A DNA stretch of 64,000 bases from Monocercomonoides exilis PA203 (taxonomy: Eukaryota > Protista > Preaxostyla), in contig LSRY02000043.1 in the NCBI GenBank assembly GCA_001643675.2, forward strand, positions 1-64,000, in the 5' to 3' direction. The first letter of the stretch is position 1. Every line of letters begins with the position of its first letter. The translations under genes were made by a program, and so were the position numbers. Below are positions 22,748 to 34,800 of this stretch, piece after piece. The notes beneath the pieces were generated by a model. That model saw only the letters and a program-made list of their open reading frames with translations, had not been told where the DNA came from and ran no database searches.

Positions 22748-23635
22748 TTAAATAATATCTACATCAGGGAATTTCACTTTGCCTCTTGTTCCAGCATAAA
22801 ATTTCAGAATTGGATATTCGTGAACTTCTGGATCATTATCCCATCTATCTGCAACACACGTTGAGTTCCAATAGCAAGACTCGTGCAGCTTGAACCAATA
22901 ATCTACTGAATTTCGAAGTATTGCGTTTGGATTTCCATAGTATTCTCGCTGGACAACTGTTTGCATACAAACGTAAGGCGCAAAATACGTTCCAAAGTAT
23001 TCACGCTTGGTTTTTGTAGCAGCTTCGTGAATGCATGGACTTTTCATTATTATTCCGTTGTAAATTCTGTCTTTCATGTAAGGAACAACTCCCATAGACA
23101 ACATTATCCTAAATTCTTCTAAAACTTTTCCAATTAATGGGCTCCCCTTTGGCGCCATCAAATATCCCAGCTCAATGTGATACGCGGGAGGCCAATAGCT
23201 GTTGAATGCAAGCAAATCAGCCTTCGCTTCAGTTAAATCCCGATAGCAATCTTCCAAAAAGGTGTCATTTTTGAGATACATTGACACATCCATCCATAGC
23301 CCTCCATATTCATGAATCAATCGAAGGCGATAAAAATCAGCTTTATTCGCTAGAGGTAGTTTCCTCAATTTGGAAGGGATTGAGTCTCTGTCCAAATACA
23401 AATTGATTGTCGAGTCTGTGATAAAAATGAGAGTGAAATTTGCGATTTTTTCCTTCATGTTGTGCAGAAGATAGCGCACTTCCTGGTTCAATTCGCCTTC
23501 CCAATAAAGCCAGATGATCCTAGGAACTTCATACGTCTTTTCTTCTTTGATAGTTGTGTTTGCCTTTAAAAAAGATGCGCCAAACAGAATCACAATCATA
23601 GAAAGTAATAAAGTCATGAACAAATGACGATTCAT
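22748..23635 (-). CDS. GT32/capsular polysaccharide synthesis-like glycosyltransferase, type II membrane anchor
   Basis: Intact 295-aa intronless ORF with N-terminal TM, VPRIIWLYW, KADFYRLRLIHEYGGLWMD and APKGSP motifs typical of Caps_synth/Gly_transf_sug. Confidence 0.85.
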   Translation of the reverse strand: MNRHLFMTLLLSMIVILFGASFLKANTTIKEEKTYEVPRIIWLYWEGELNQEVRYLLHNMKEKIANFTLIFITDSTINLYLDRDSIPSKLRKLPLANKADFYRLRLIHEYGGLWMDVSMYLKNDTFLEDCYRDLTEAKADLLAFNSYWPPAYHIELGYLMAPKGSPLIGKVLEEFRIMLSMGVVPYMKDRIYNGIIMKSPCIHEAATKTKREYFGTYFAPYVCMQTVVQREYYGNPNAILRNSVDYWFKLHESCYWNSTCVADRWDNDPEVHEYPILKFYAGTRGKVKFPDVDII

Positions 23636-24049
23636 AGATTCAAAAAATAAAACTTGAAATTCGATGGAAAAGATTACAAAAATTCATAAAGAATTAAAAT
23701 AATTATGTAGTAAAACACAAATTTAACAGAAAAAAACGAAAAAAGCACACTTTATAAGCTGCTTAAGTTAATTGTGTAGCAAATGATCCTGTGCGATCGC
23801 TCATATAAGTTGCGCCTGTGTCAAAAATGTAAAAAGATGATAAAAACCCTAAAACACGATAAATGTTAATATGGAAATTTCAAAAATGAAAAGCGCAAAT
23901 CGATGTGTGCAAATAACACAGAATTTCAAAAGATAAATTATACGTCAAAGCCAAAAAATTTCTTTTCTATTTTCTCACTCAAATAAAAAGACTTTTGAAA
24001 ATTACAACAAAAAACATCCGAATAACAGCAATATTATCAGCATCACATA

Positions 24050-27000
24050 CAAACCTCGCTCTCCAATGTAGAAAACCAGAACTTCTGTCCGATTGAAATG
24101 TTCTTCAAGATTCCAGCAAAAAAACGCCTTCAAGATGCAAATCTTGTCTCATATTGTGTTTCCAATTCTTCAAAGAAAGCATTTCTCCATTTATTCCCAT
24201 TCATTTCTTGTTCATCTGATATTTCAATCAAAATGAATTTTTGCACGCTCAAAAGTAAATTCTTCAATGTAATCAAAGCCCAAATACTTAATATGTCTTT
24301 TACCTGACTTATTTGCCTTTTACTCTTCAAATGCGCAAAATTGGATTTTGTAGTTGATTATCCGTCTTTGGCTAAATGTGTCCTGTTACAGTTGCAATTT
24401 CAAAAGCTCAGACATTCATGGAATCTTTGCATGCAATAATTTTTGAGATTGTCATTATTCTTCTAAACATTCTACAATGAACAAGAAAAGCGAATTCCAT
24501 GAAAAATTCTATTTTTCTTCATCTTCTTCAAATAATAAATGAATTTCAATTATCTCTTTCTCAGTTTAAATGAGTTACGTCAAATAACATTTGGATAATA
24601 TTATTTCTCTCAAAATGGCAAAGTATGTTAGAAGAGTCATACGAGCCAACAAACATGCAGAATTTAAATTTTAACATTCCAAGCGAATTTTCTATCCAAT
24701 TTTGAGACAATCAAATAGACGCCTTGAAAGTTGAGGTTAATGATTTGAAAATGGATTAAAAAATTAAACAAAATAAGAAGCAAAAAATGAAACCTTTTCA
24801 ACAAGCCTTCTCTCTTGCTGATATAAATAGCTTCTTCGCCTTCTTCGTCCTCGTCTTCACGTTCTTCATCAACTTCAAACTCTTTTTCTTCTTTAAATTA
24901 TACTCCCCTTCTTCTTCTATTTTTTCATCTTCCTCTTCTTTGTTTTCTTCGCCTTCTTCGTCTTCTTCGTCTTATCCATCTTCTTCCTCATCCTCTTGCT
25001 CCTCTTCATATTCATTTAGATTGGTATCTATCCGATGATCTTCAAATAGCTTTGTTGATATTTTTCGGTAATCATGCACCAATCAAATCCTGTTTATTGA
25101 TAAGACGCTTTTCTTCGGATAAGTCAATTTTATAGCCAAAATTCCAGCGAATTTCTTTGCCTTTTCCAAAAACGGCTTTTCTCATTGTGAAAATCCTTCT
25201 CCAATTCCAAAAAAATGCATAAATGACGAAGCAATATCGTACATCATCATCGTTAATATTTTCCGGCCTTCAATCCACTAATTTTGTTTCTCTTCTTTCT
25301 CCAAATTTTCTTCATCATTTTCATCATTTTCATCATTTTCATCATTTTCATCATTTTCATCGCTTTCCCCCATTTCAGTCACATCATTCTGCTTTTAGAT
25401 TCTAATCATTCCGCCAAAATCTTCATTCTTCATCATTTTCCTCCTCTGTCTCCTCTTTCATTTCCCTCAAATGTCCATCCAGAAAATAGCATAACATCAG
25501 CAAAATAACATTTCTTCGCATGGATATTTCATCATCTGTAAGTTCCTTTGCTTTTAAAAAATATCTTCGCCATTTTATTGTCTCTCTTTCTTTTTCGCCA
25601 AATATATTGCGTCAAGTTTTCGTTTCATCCTACCAGAAGTTTGTGCAACTGAACTTAGCCGAAGAAGTCCTATGTAAAATCTCTCTCTTCCTTGTATCAA
25701 TGGGGAATGAAAGGCTCATTCATTCAGAATGAACTTCAGTCTGAGCTGGCTGTTGGAGCGCAAAAGGAAAGGTCAAATCTACTTCACATCGAAGAATAAC
25801 TCTTTTCCAAATAAGAAATAGAGGAAGTAGATTGGTCGTTTTTCAAATATTGTAGCACAAGTGAAGATTTCTAACAACATTTATCATGAAGACGAAGTAA
25901 ATGAAGTTAAAGAATTCGAAGAAGATGAAATGGATAAAGAAGAGGAGGGTGAAGGAAAACAAGAAGAAGATGATGATGATGAAGAAGAAGAAGATGAAGA
26001 AGATGAAGAAGATGAAAAAGATGAAAAAGATGAAAAAGATGAAGAAAAATAAAAAATATCAGCTTTTCCAAGTCAGGTTGTTCAATAGAAAAAACTGAAT
26101 GTGTTCTATACGCGAATGCCCTGCCAGATCATTAGCCTCGATAAACGAGTCGTTTCTGCCAAATACCCTCAACAAATATGCCAAACAAACTGCTTTTCTC
26201 TTTCAAGCTCATGTTAAGCATTTTCATGTTATACAGCATGCAAAACAGATGGCAGAAGTCACGAATATCATCGTTGAATGCAATGCAAACATGAATAATC
26301 TCAAAAGTTCTGACTCTTTTGAAAAATGTTAAAAAGGTTTCTTTTCGTGTCATTCCTGTTCGTGGCCAATCTGTATTCACTAAAAGAGCGTCATTAAAGA
26401 AAAATGAATGAAATATAAAAGGTCAAACCATCTTTTTGACTTTTTAATATTTTTCCATCTTAAATGGATAGGTAATTATTAACCCAACTTGCTTTCTTGT
26501 TCTCCAAAATTGCCTCTTGCCATATGAAAAAATTCAGACAGCTGGACAATAAATGGCTGGCAAAGAACATCATCGAGCACAGAGAATCCATTGTGAAGCT
26601 GGACATGATTCCAAAAGAAATAGCACATTCTCCAAATTAACAAGAAATCCACTCCTTTTCAAAGACTTATTCAACACCATGTCTTCGCTGATAGCTTTCC
26701 AGCAGGATTCGTGCAAAATTCAAATGAGATTGTTGTTAAGACCAGCTGAGTGCTTCGTTCAACTCGCTTCCTCCATTGTCCAACCCCCAATTCCCTTTCC
26801 TTTTCCACAAAATCATCCTTCCCTCAAAAAATCACGCAAAACAAGCCCTGAGCAAAAGGTATGCCAAGTGAAACACATTTCCCTCGAAATGAACAAGAGG
26901 TTCAATTCAATATTTCGGATATTCTGTTAGCTTTTTCTGCATCTTGCTTGAGTTATTTTTCATCAAAATATCGCAGCCAGCGTTATGCCATATGTTTTGT

Positions 27001-27250
27001 AATTTATTACCAAGTTCAAATCTCATATAATTTTACTCACCAATTCACTTTTCGCAAACAATATTGGAAAACAGCCACTTGCTCCTCCATCTCCAGGTTA
27101 AAATCCCTGTTCTTCTGCAGTGCTATAAATCGCATGGGTGCATCTGTTGCTATATGCCAAAGTAACTCAAACATGCTCTGGCTGCTGAAAATCATCTATC
27201 AAAAATCTTAACTTAAAAATTATAGGTTGCAAACCCTTATTTAATTGCTC
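24050..27250 (-). pseudogene. Patchwork of degenerate coding fragments with acidic low-complexity tracts
   Basis: Short protein-like ORFs and E/D-rich tracts broken by stops, with an opposite-strand acidic fragment at 25861-26052. No intact gene can be assembled. Confidence 0.4.
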
Positions 27251-27399
27251 AAATAGTTATTTTTTTAATATAAAGATTTGCATGTTTCGATGCAAAAGAC
27301 ATTGATGAAAATTGAAGATTTTTGGACTCATGTGTTATTAGATGTTTGACTTGTTGTTTTTAATTCTATTGATTCAATTGCACCACGAATATTTCGAAA

Positions 27400-28859
27400 A
27401 TGAATTTATTTGTTGTTAGAAATAATTTTGCAATTTTGCGGTTTCTTTCGAACAAACAAATATTTCCTGATATATCTATATTTTGAGAAAACGATTGTTC
27501 GGATGATTAATTGTTTTATTTTCCAATTTTTTAGAAAAACTGCTGCAATTGGAAAAATGCACCGACGCTGAGCAGAAACAAAAAATCGAAAAATTGAGCA
27601 ATGTTTTGGAAGAAATTTGCAAAGAAGAATTCAAATCCGTTTTCACAACAGAGTTGTTTGATGAAATTCACACAATGATTGAAGAAAGGAAGCTTTACAT
27701 GAAAAATGCAATCTTATTGTTGAAACACGTTGGATATTGCAAAAAGTTGGAATGTTTGTAATCTGCATTTTGAAGAAACTTCGTTGTGCAAAGGATTTGA
27801 AGAGATGATTATTGAAGAAGATGAGAAAAAAGAGGAAAAGAATGAAAAGCTTCTTTTTGATCTTTGTGAATGTTATCTTTCATTGTATTACGAATTCACG
27901 GACATTCCAGAAGAAATAACTGATATTTGTGGAGTAAATCTTATGAAAATTAAACTGAGGAAAGAGGAAAACGGGGAAACACAAAAAGAAATGGAAATGG
28001 CTTTGCTAGCTTTGTGTAATATAAGATTTAATGTATGAGAAGTTCTTTTTCATTTTTGAATTTTTTTTATATTTTTATTTTATTTTGTTTTTATTAGTTT
28101 TTCGAAAAAGAACTATATTTGAGTGAAGTTATAGAAGTTATTAAGCATCATCAAGAACTCAACAATCTCTCTCAACTTGTCTATCAATCTACTTAGTTAT
28201 TTTTGATGAACAGATTTTTCAACGACCAAAGCTCGGAAGAAGTGATTGTGAATGAGCTGCATTTTGGAAGAGAAGCAAGAAGAGAATTGGAAGATCTGTC
28301 AAAGAGTGTTGATTGGAAGGGAAAAGAAATGAAAAAAGGAAAAGAAGTGAATGAAGTACTTATAATCGGGAGATGGTTCACTGTTATTGAACGTTACTTT
28401 TTCTCATACACATTGTGGAACGAAGTACTTGCTGGACTAATCGACAGCATTGTTCAGATATTTGGAGCAGCGAAGAATAATCACAGAGAAATTAGTCACA
28501 AGTGCATTTTTTTCTTGAGAAATGCAGCGGAAGGCAAAGATGTGCATGTTGAAGACTTGTTCAAGGGAGGAGCTATTGATGCTGTATTGGAGGAAATGAA
28601 TCAATCAACGTTGAATGAAGGTGTGACATATGAAAGCGTTCACTTCTTTTTGAATATTTCAAAGCGACTGAAAGGAAAGGAGGAAGGAAAAATCGAAGAA
28701 AAAGAAAGAAAAGACATGAAAAGAAAGATATTTAAAAGGATGGAAAAAGAAGGATACGAAGATATCGCTACAAGCCTTTATGGATTCATTTCTTTTCAAA
28801 ACGATAAATATCATTATTATTTATCGTTAGATGTTTCTGATTATTTTGTGAATGTTTAA
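27400..28859 (+). pseudogene. Second, less decayed copy of the EETQKEMEMALL multigene family
   Basis: ORFs 27549-27761, 27730-28038 and 28203-28859 join through a frameshift (~27760), a GT-AG intron (~28033-28097) and an in-frame TAG (~28193, where the paralog at ~22054 has TGG). Confidence 0.8.
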
Positions 28860-29820
28860 GAAAATGAAAAGCATTTCACTTTATAACTCAAAAATTAGTT
28901 GAGATGTGAAATTACAATCCAGTTTTCCCTATCTTCCATTATTTTGCATTGAACATTTCAACTTTTAAAATCCAGAAATTTTTCATTGAATGAGTTTTAC
29001 GAATATCGGATTGTATTTTTGAAGTTGTAATTTTTTTCTCGACACAAATAGAAAAATTTAATATATTAATTTATTTATTTATTTATTTATTTATTTTTTT
29101 ATTTATTTTTTATTTTTTTTTTACAATAAAACAGGGATTAAAAAAGAATAAGTTGTTTTTTTAGATAAAACAAACTGGTTTGACAATCACATCGAAGTCA
29201 CAAATAAAAAATCTGGAGAAACCTTAAATCAAAAAATAACTTTATCAGAAAAAGAAAAAGTTGTCATTAAGTTATTAAGTCAAAACTTTTAACACACAAA
29301 AAATTTCCAATGCAAGCTTCTTAAAAAATATTGCTCAAAATTATACATTATAGAAATCCAACAAATCTTGCTGATTATTATCATTTACGGAATATTAACC
29401 GGTTTATCAAAAAAATGTAATGTGCAACAACGATGGAAAAAATTTTGTTTCTCAAGGTTAAAAAAAATTAAAAATGTTTCAAATGGAAATTCAAAAGAAA
29501 TTCCAACAAGGAAAACATTCGGTATCAAAATATCGCGAAAACACGAGCAAAACATTGATCAAAATATGAAACTGATAAATTACAGATCTTTCTCATGATG
29601 AATTTATTTTCTAAAATATCAAGCATGAAACATTGCAACGAAATATTATTTATTTGGAAATAATTATCATCAAACGCAAGCTTCTATATGAAGCAATATG
29701 AGAAAAATTTATGGGATCGAATAAAAAACTGGGATCTTATATAATTTTTATCCAGTCTATTTCACAAAAACAGTTAAATATTCTTCTTCAATAAACCAGT
29801 TCGTTAATAAATATATTACT

Positions 29821-30374
29821 TAAATTTAGGGCAAAATATTTCCCTTCAGGCTATTTCATTGAAAAATATTGCTCTTTTCATTGACTTTTTGAGATCAAAA
29901 AACACAATAAAAATGAATTCATTTTTCTCCATTCATGAAATGTCACAAAACTTTATGTTTTGATTTCAACGATGCCTGTTTAAGAATTTGACAATCAAAT
30001 ATATTTTGAAATTTGAAAAAGGGAAATAAAGTTATGAGCGAAGTAATTTTTCAAAGCTTTGCGCAAAAAAAAGCTTTTAAATTCGTATTTTCCCTCATTT
30101 GGTGGGAAATATGGACTTTCAAGCTTTTTATGCACAAAGCATAAAAAAATTGTTTCACTTATAACATTTTTAAACTTTACCAGATTACAAATTAAATCGA
30201 ATTTTCACAACTGTAAATAAACAATATTGATATAATAACAAAATGTGTTGTGATATCTCACGTATTTCGAAATAGAGACATATTTTTTCCAAATATCTTG
30301 ATCACAAAAAGTTCATCAAATGTGCATAATTTTTCAATGAAAATGCCTGAAGTCAAATATTTTGTCCCATTTAA
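29821..30374. mobile_element. ~555-bp imperfect fold-back palindrome (MITE-like), centre ~30099
   Basis: GGGCAAAATATTTCCCTTCAGGC...GACTTTTTGAGATC...AAAAAGCTTTTAAATTCGTATTTTCCC mirrors GGGAAATATGGACTTTCAAGCTTTTT...GATCACAAAAAGTTC...GCCTGAAGTCAAATATTTTGTCCC. A single-arm copy lies at ~39815-40088. Confidence 0.75.
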
Positions 30375-31887
30375 TGTTTCTTTTCTTTATCATTTCATTC
30401 TTTCAGTTTTAAAAACTTTTCTTCATTTTTAATGAGTGATTATTTTTACTTCTTATTTTTTCCGAAAAGTTTTTCAAACTACGCTTTATTCACAAAAAAT
30501 AGAATTTCATCCAATATTTTTAATATTAATATTTTTGCTTTTCAATGTGTTTATTTTCTAAATGTTTATTGTCGAGAAACCAATTTCAAAGAACAAAACA
30601 TATCAATGAAATTTCTTTCGTTTGTAACTCAAATCATGAAAATAACCAACTATCCAAAAATTAACATGATTTCAAAAATAATCACACAAACAGAGAATAA
30701 GAAAAGTTTAAGTCACTTGTTTAAATGGAATAACGATTGAATATCATTGAACTTTTTCGAGTGGTCTTTCTCATGTATTTTTGAATGTGAATTGCAGCCA
30801 GAAGCATATTCATTTAAATAATTATATTTTATAAGAACATGTGTGGTAAGAAGATAAAAAGAAAAAACAATAACTCAAAAATAGCAATTTTTATTCATTT
30901 GTTCACTCTTTTTTGAATAACATAAAGGCAAAGATATATGTCAAGAAGCAACGTATAATTGTTCTTTCTTTGTTGTGAAGGATTCAAAGATCAAACAATA
31001 ATCTTTGAACTTTTAATATTTTTTTGTTGATAATAACAGAATAGTGTGTGAACTCTTCCAAAAGAATTAGAAATACCATTTCCAATGATAAGAGCTGGCA
31101 AAAGTGGAAATAAGTTGATATTTGAATTTCATGACTTAATTTTCGTAATTCGATGACCTAATATAAATATCATTTATGTTATTAAATATAAATATTAGCA
31201 TGAATATCAATTTTATTGTTCCACTCATCTTAAAGATGTTTCTGTCAGTATTTTTTCCAAAGCCCAGGAAAAATGTGTTATTGTTGAAATGGTAAATCTC
31301 CTCTTTGGAGGGCAATGCGACAGGAATGGAGCTGGTTATTATATATAAATTAGGAAATAAAGAAATATGATTAAGTGTTATGCTTTTCTTTATCTTTTAT
31401 TTAAAGCAAGAGATGAAAACAAATCACCAAATAATATATAGAATAAGGGTGGAAAAAAATCCTTGAATTCAAAAATGTGTTGATTTTTGAAAAAGACAAT
31501 TTGTTAATTGCGTTATTCAAAAATTCCGGTTGGAATAACATTCAAATTCAACAATAAATTAAAAGAATATAAAATGGATACAAAAATTCTTTTTAAAGAA
31601 TGAGAGACAATAGCAATGGAAACAATCTCTGGTTCATAGCAATGGTAAAGCTATCCCGACTCTTCTCTTTCAGAAGACTCAGCAAAAAGTTAATTGGAAG
31701 CGTTTTTCATTTCGCAAATGAACTGATTTTCAAGAAGCAAAACAGTTCCATTGGCGCTTTAATCTGTTGAAAGTTCTTTCATTGTATAATTCATTCTGAT
31801 TTCTGAGCATAATTCTCCCATCTCTCTCATCCTCCTTCGTTTTCTGAAGCAAGTGCATCCATATAATCTGCCCTGCTCAACAGCCTT

Positions 31888-34800
31888 CTATCCCTCATCA
31901 AGCAACCCCATTTCAGGATCATCCAGAATAATTTCTGATTTCTCTTCCATTTTCTGATTTCTCTTTTTCTTTTTCTTTCTCCTCTTTTGCTTCTCTTCCC
32001 CTATTTCTTCTCTTTCTCTCTCTTCCACCACTTCCTTTTCTTCTTCCATTGTTCTCTTCATCCCCTGATCTTCTGAATCGTCTCCAATCATCGAAAAATG
32101 GCTATTTGGTGCTGAACTTATCCTGATATAATATTCTGTCTGCTTTCCATTTCTTCCATCATCTGCAGCTGCAACCTCACCAAACTCCTCAAATCCAATC
32201 TCGCATCCTCCCCTCTCATCCATAATTTCATCAATCTCTTCCACTTGTTTTCGTTTCTTCCCCTTCCTTCTCTTCCCCCTTTTCGCTTTTCCATCTCTTT
32301 TTCGCATATTCTGATCTTCTATTCCACCCGCACAAGCAACACTCTCCGTTCCTTCTCCCTCTCCACAGCTTTGAAGCAAAGCAACTGTTAGCATTTCAAC
32401 ATAATTCACTGGTATCACTCCGATCACTTCCTCACAATCAAATCCGCTCTCCACCATTTCTTTGTTCTCATGCACATCAAGCTCCTCAACTTTCTCTGTT
32501 GACATTCCCATCTTATTTCCCGTTTCTCCATCCAATAATACTTGCATCTTATCTTCTTCCTCCTCCTCTCTTTGCACAACATCTTCTTTTCTCCATTCCC
32601 CTCTCACAATATTATTTGTTTCTTCTATTTCTCCATCTCCAATTTTCCTTTTTCCCTTATTTTGTTTCTTCTTAAGCACAACAATTATTGTTATTACAAA
32701 CAACAGAATCGCAACAACTATCACACAACCAATGAATGCAATCAAACTCCATTGGATTTTGTTCTCTTTTTCAACAATCCTTTCATCTCCTTTTTGCTCA
32801 ATCTCGCTTTTGTTCTTCAATACGAATGGAATTGTTGATAAAGGAGATTCTGCATTCCCAAACAAAACACAAACACTCACCTCTATTTCATCTCCACAAT
32901 TGCTGATTATATCTTTCGCAACGCTTCCTTCAACTTCTCTTTCTGACAAAAACCCATTTCTATCAAAATCATAATGTTCAATCTCTTTCTCTTCTCCATT
33001 TCTCTTCACAACTGAGAATGCCAGATTGCATGGAATAAGAAGCAACCCTTTAAATATCAATTTCATTCTATCTGTCTCTTCTTTTGCCTCCACACCCTCC
33101 AACGCAGAAATGAAAAATGATGAATCCCTTTTTGAAACAATCCATTCAAAACTGCATCCATCATTCAACATCCAAAGAGACGTGTTTCTTTCCCATCCAT
33201 CTCCTCCTTTCAAGCTCATCACATTCAATGTCCCAGAATTGGAACAAATGATGTTTCTTCTCAGAGATGGATATCCTTCAATCGATGGATTATTGTTCTC
33301 AAATCTTCCATCATTAACAGTCATTTCCCCTCCACTCATCGTAATTCCACCATCTGGTGAATTCGACAATGTTGTATCTTTCATCACCACAGAACTCTTG
33401 GTGATATCCACGAGAGATCCATCCCATTTGCACATCTCTTCTTCTGTATTTGAATTCTTTTCATTTCTTTCATTTGAACTTCCATCAAAAATGCAATTGT
33501 CCATTGAAACATCTGTGCAATCCTCCACTTTCATCAATTTCCCTTTTGTGATCTTTGAACTCACTCCACCCATTGTGAAATTTGTCAATTTCATCGTCTT
33601 TTTAATTGATAAGCACGATATCAATGATTCTTCATTTCCTTCAACTGAGATATTTTCTGTTTTGAAATCCTTTATTGTTAATTGACCACATTCATTTATA
33701 TCCAATAGAGATTTTGAAATTGTTGAATTGCTAATCGTTAATGAATCAATTACTGATGGAAGAAAAGATGAAAGAAATAATGCAGATTCATGAATAATGA
33801 GATTTGATATTGTGCATTCATCAAGTTGCAATTCTCCTTTTTCCATATTAATAATGTGAAATGGAATGTTTGAAAATGCTGCATTTCTTTCTTCTGCTGA
33901 TTGTTTTGTTGTGAATGAGCAATTCATTATCTCAAGAATTCCTCCTTCGGGTGATATTTATGATTCATGTTGAGAGTTGAAATTCGAATCAAACACAAAA
34001 TTCACTCTCACCAACGAGACTGTTTCTCTTGTTGAAATCAAAGAATCTTTTGTTTTTTCAATTTCTGATTTCACTTCAACTTTGCACATCTCTCTGCTCT
34101 TCGAACTCAGACTCATCTCCTCCAGTTCTATCTCTTCCCCAATCACACTCTCTTCAACAACAATCATCACGCTCATGAAATCTGAAGTCAGATGCATCAT
34201 TCCATGATCAATCGAATCACATGGAAGTGTGTTTGTTCCACATTGCCTCTCATCCGATCCATTCACACTGCTCACAATAATTGTGTCACTCTGATGGATC
34301 GTCGCAAACCCAATTAGATCTGTGTCGCTTTGGTGTTCGCAATAATCTCTTCCAAATATCGCGTTGAAACGATCGTAATAGCCTTCTCGAAGATCAAACT
34401 GGAATTGGCTTTCATTTGTCTGTGATGAAATGTTGAAGCATTCAATGAAAATGTCTTTTCCAACACTTGCACTGTTGTCACTGAACTTCACCCTCACAAA
34501 TGTGAAATTCAAATCTCCTCTTTCCTTTGTTGCCAGATACACTCCTCCTCCTCTCCCTGAACTAATACTGCAGCTGCATTGACTGATTGTTGAGTCGATC
34601 ATCTTCATTGATCCAGATGCACCTAATGTGAAGAATATGGCTCCTCCTTTTTCACTTGATTCTGCTTTGCCTTCTGTGATGTTACTCTCATTCACAATAA
34701 AACAAATCTTTTTCTCACTCTTTGACTCCAAAATACTTGCTCCATTATCACTTCTCTTCACTCCTGAAAATGATGAATTATCAATGTTGAGACTCATTTA

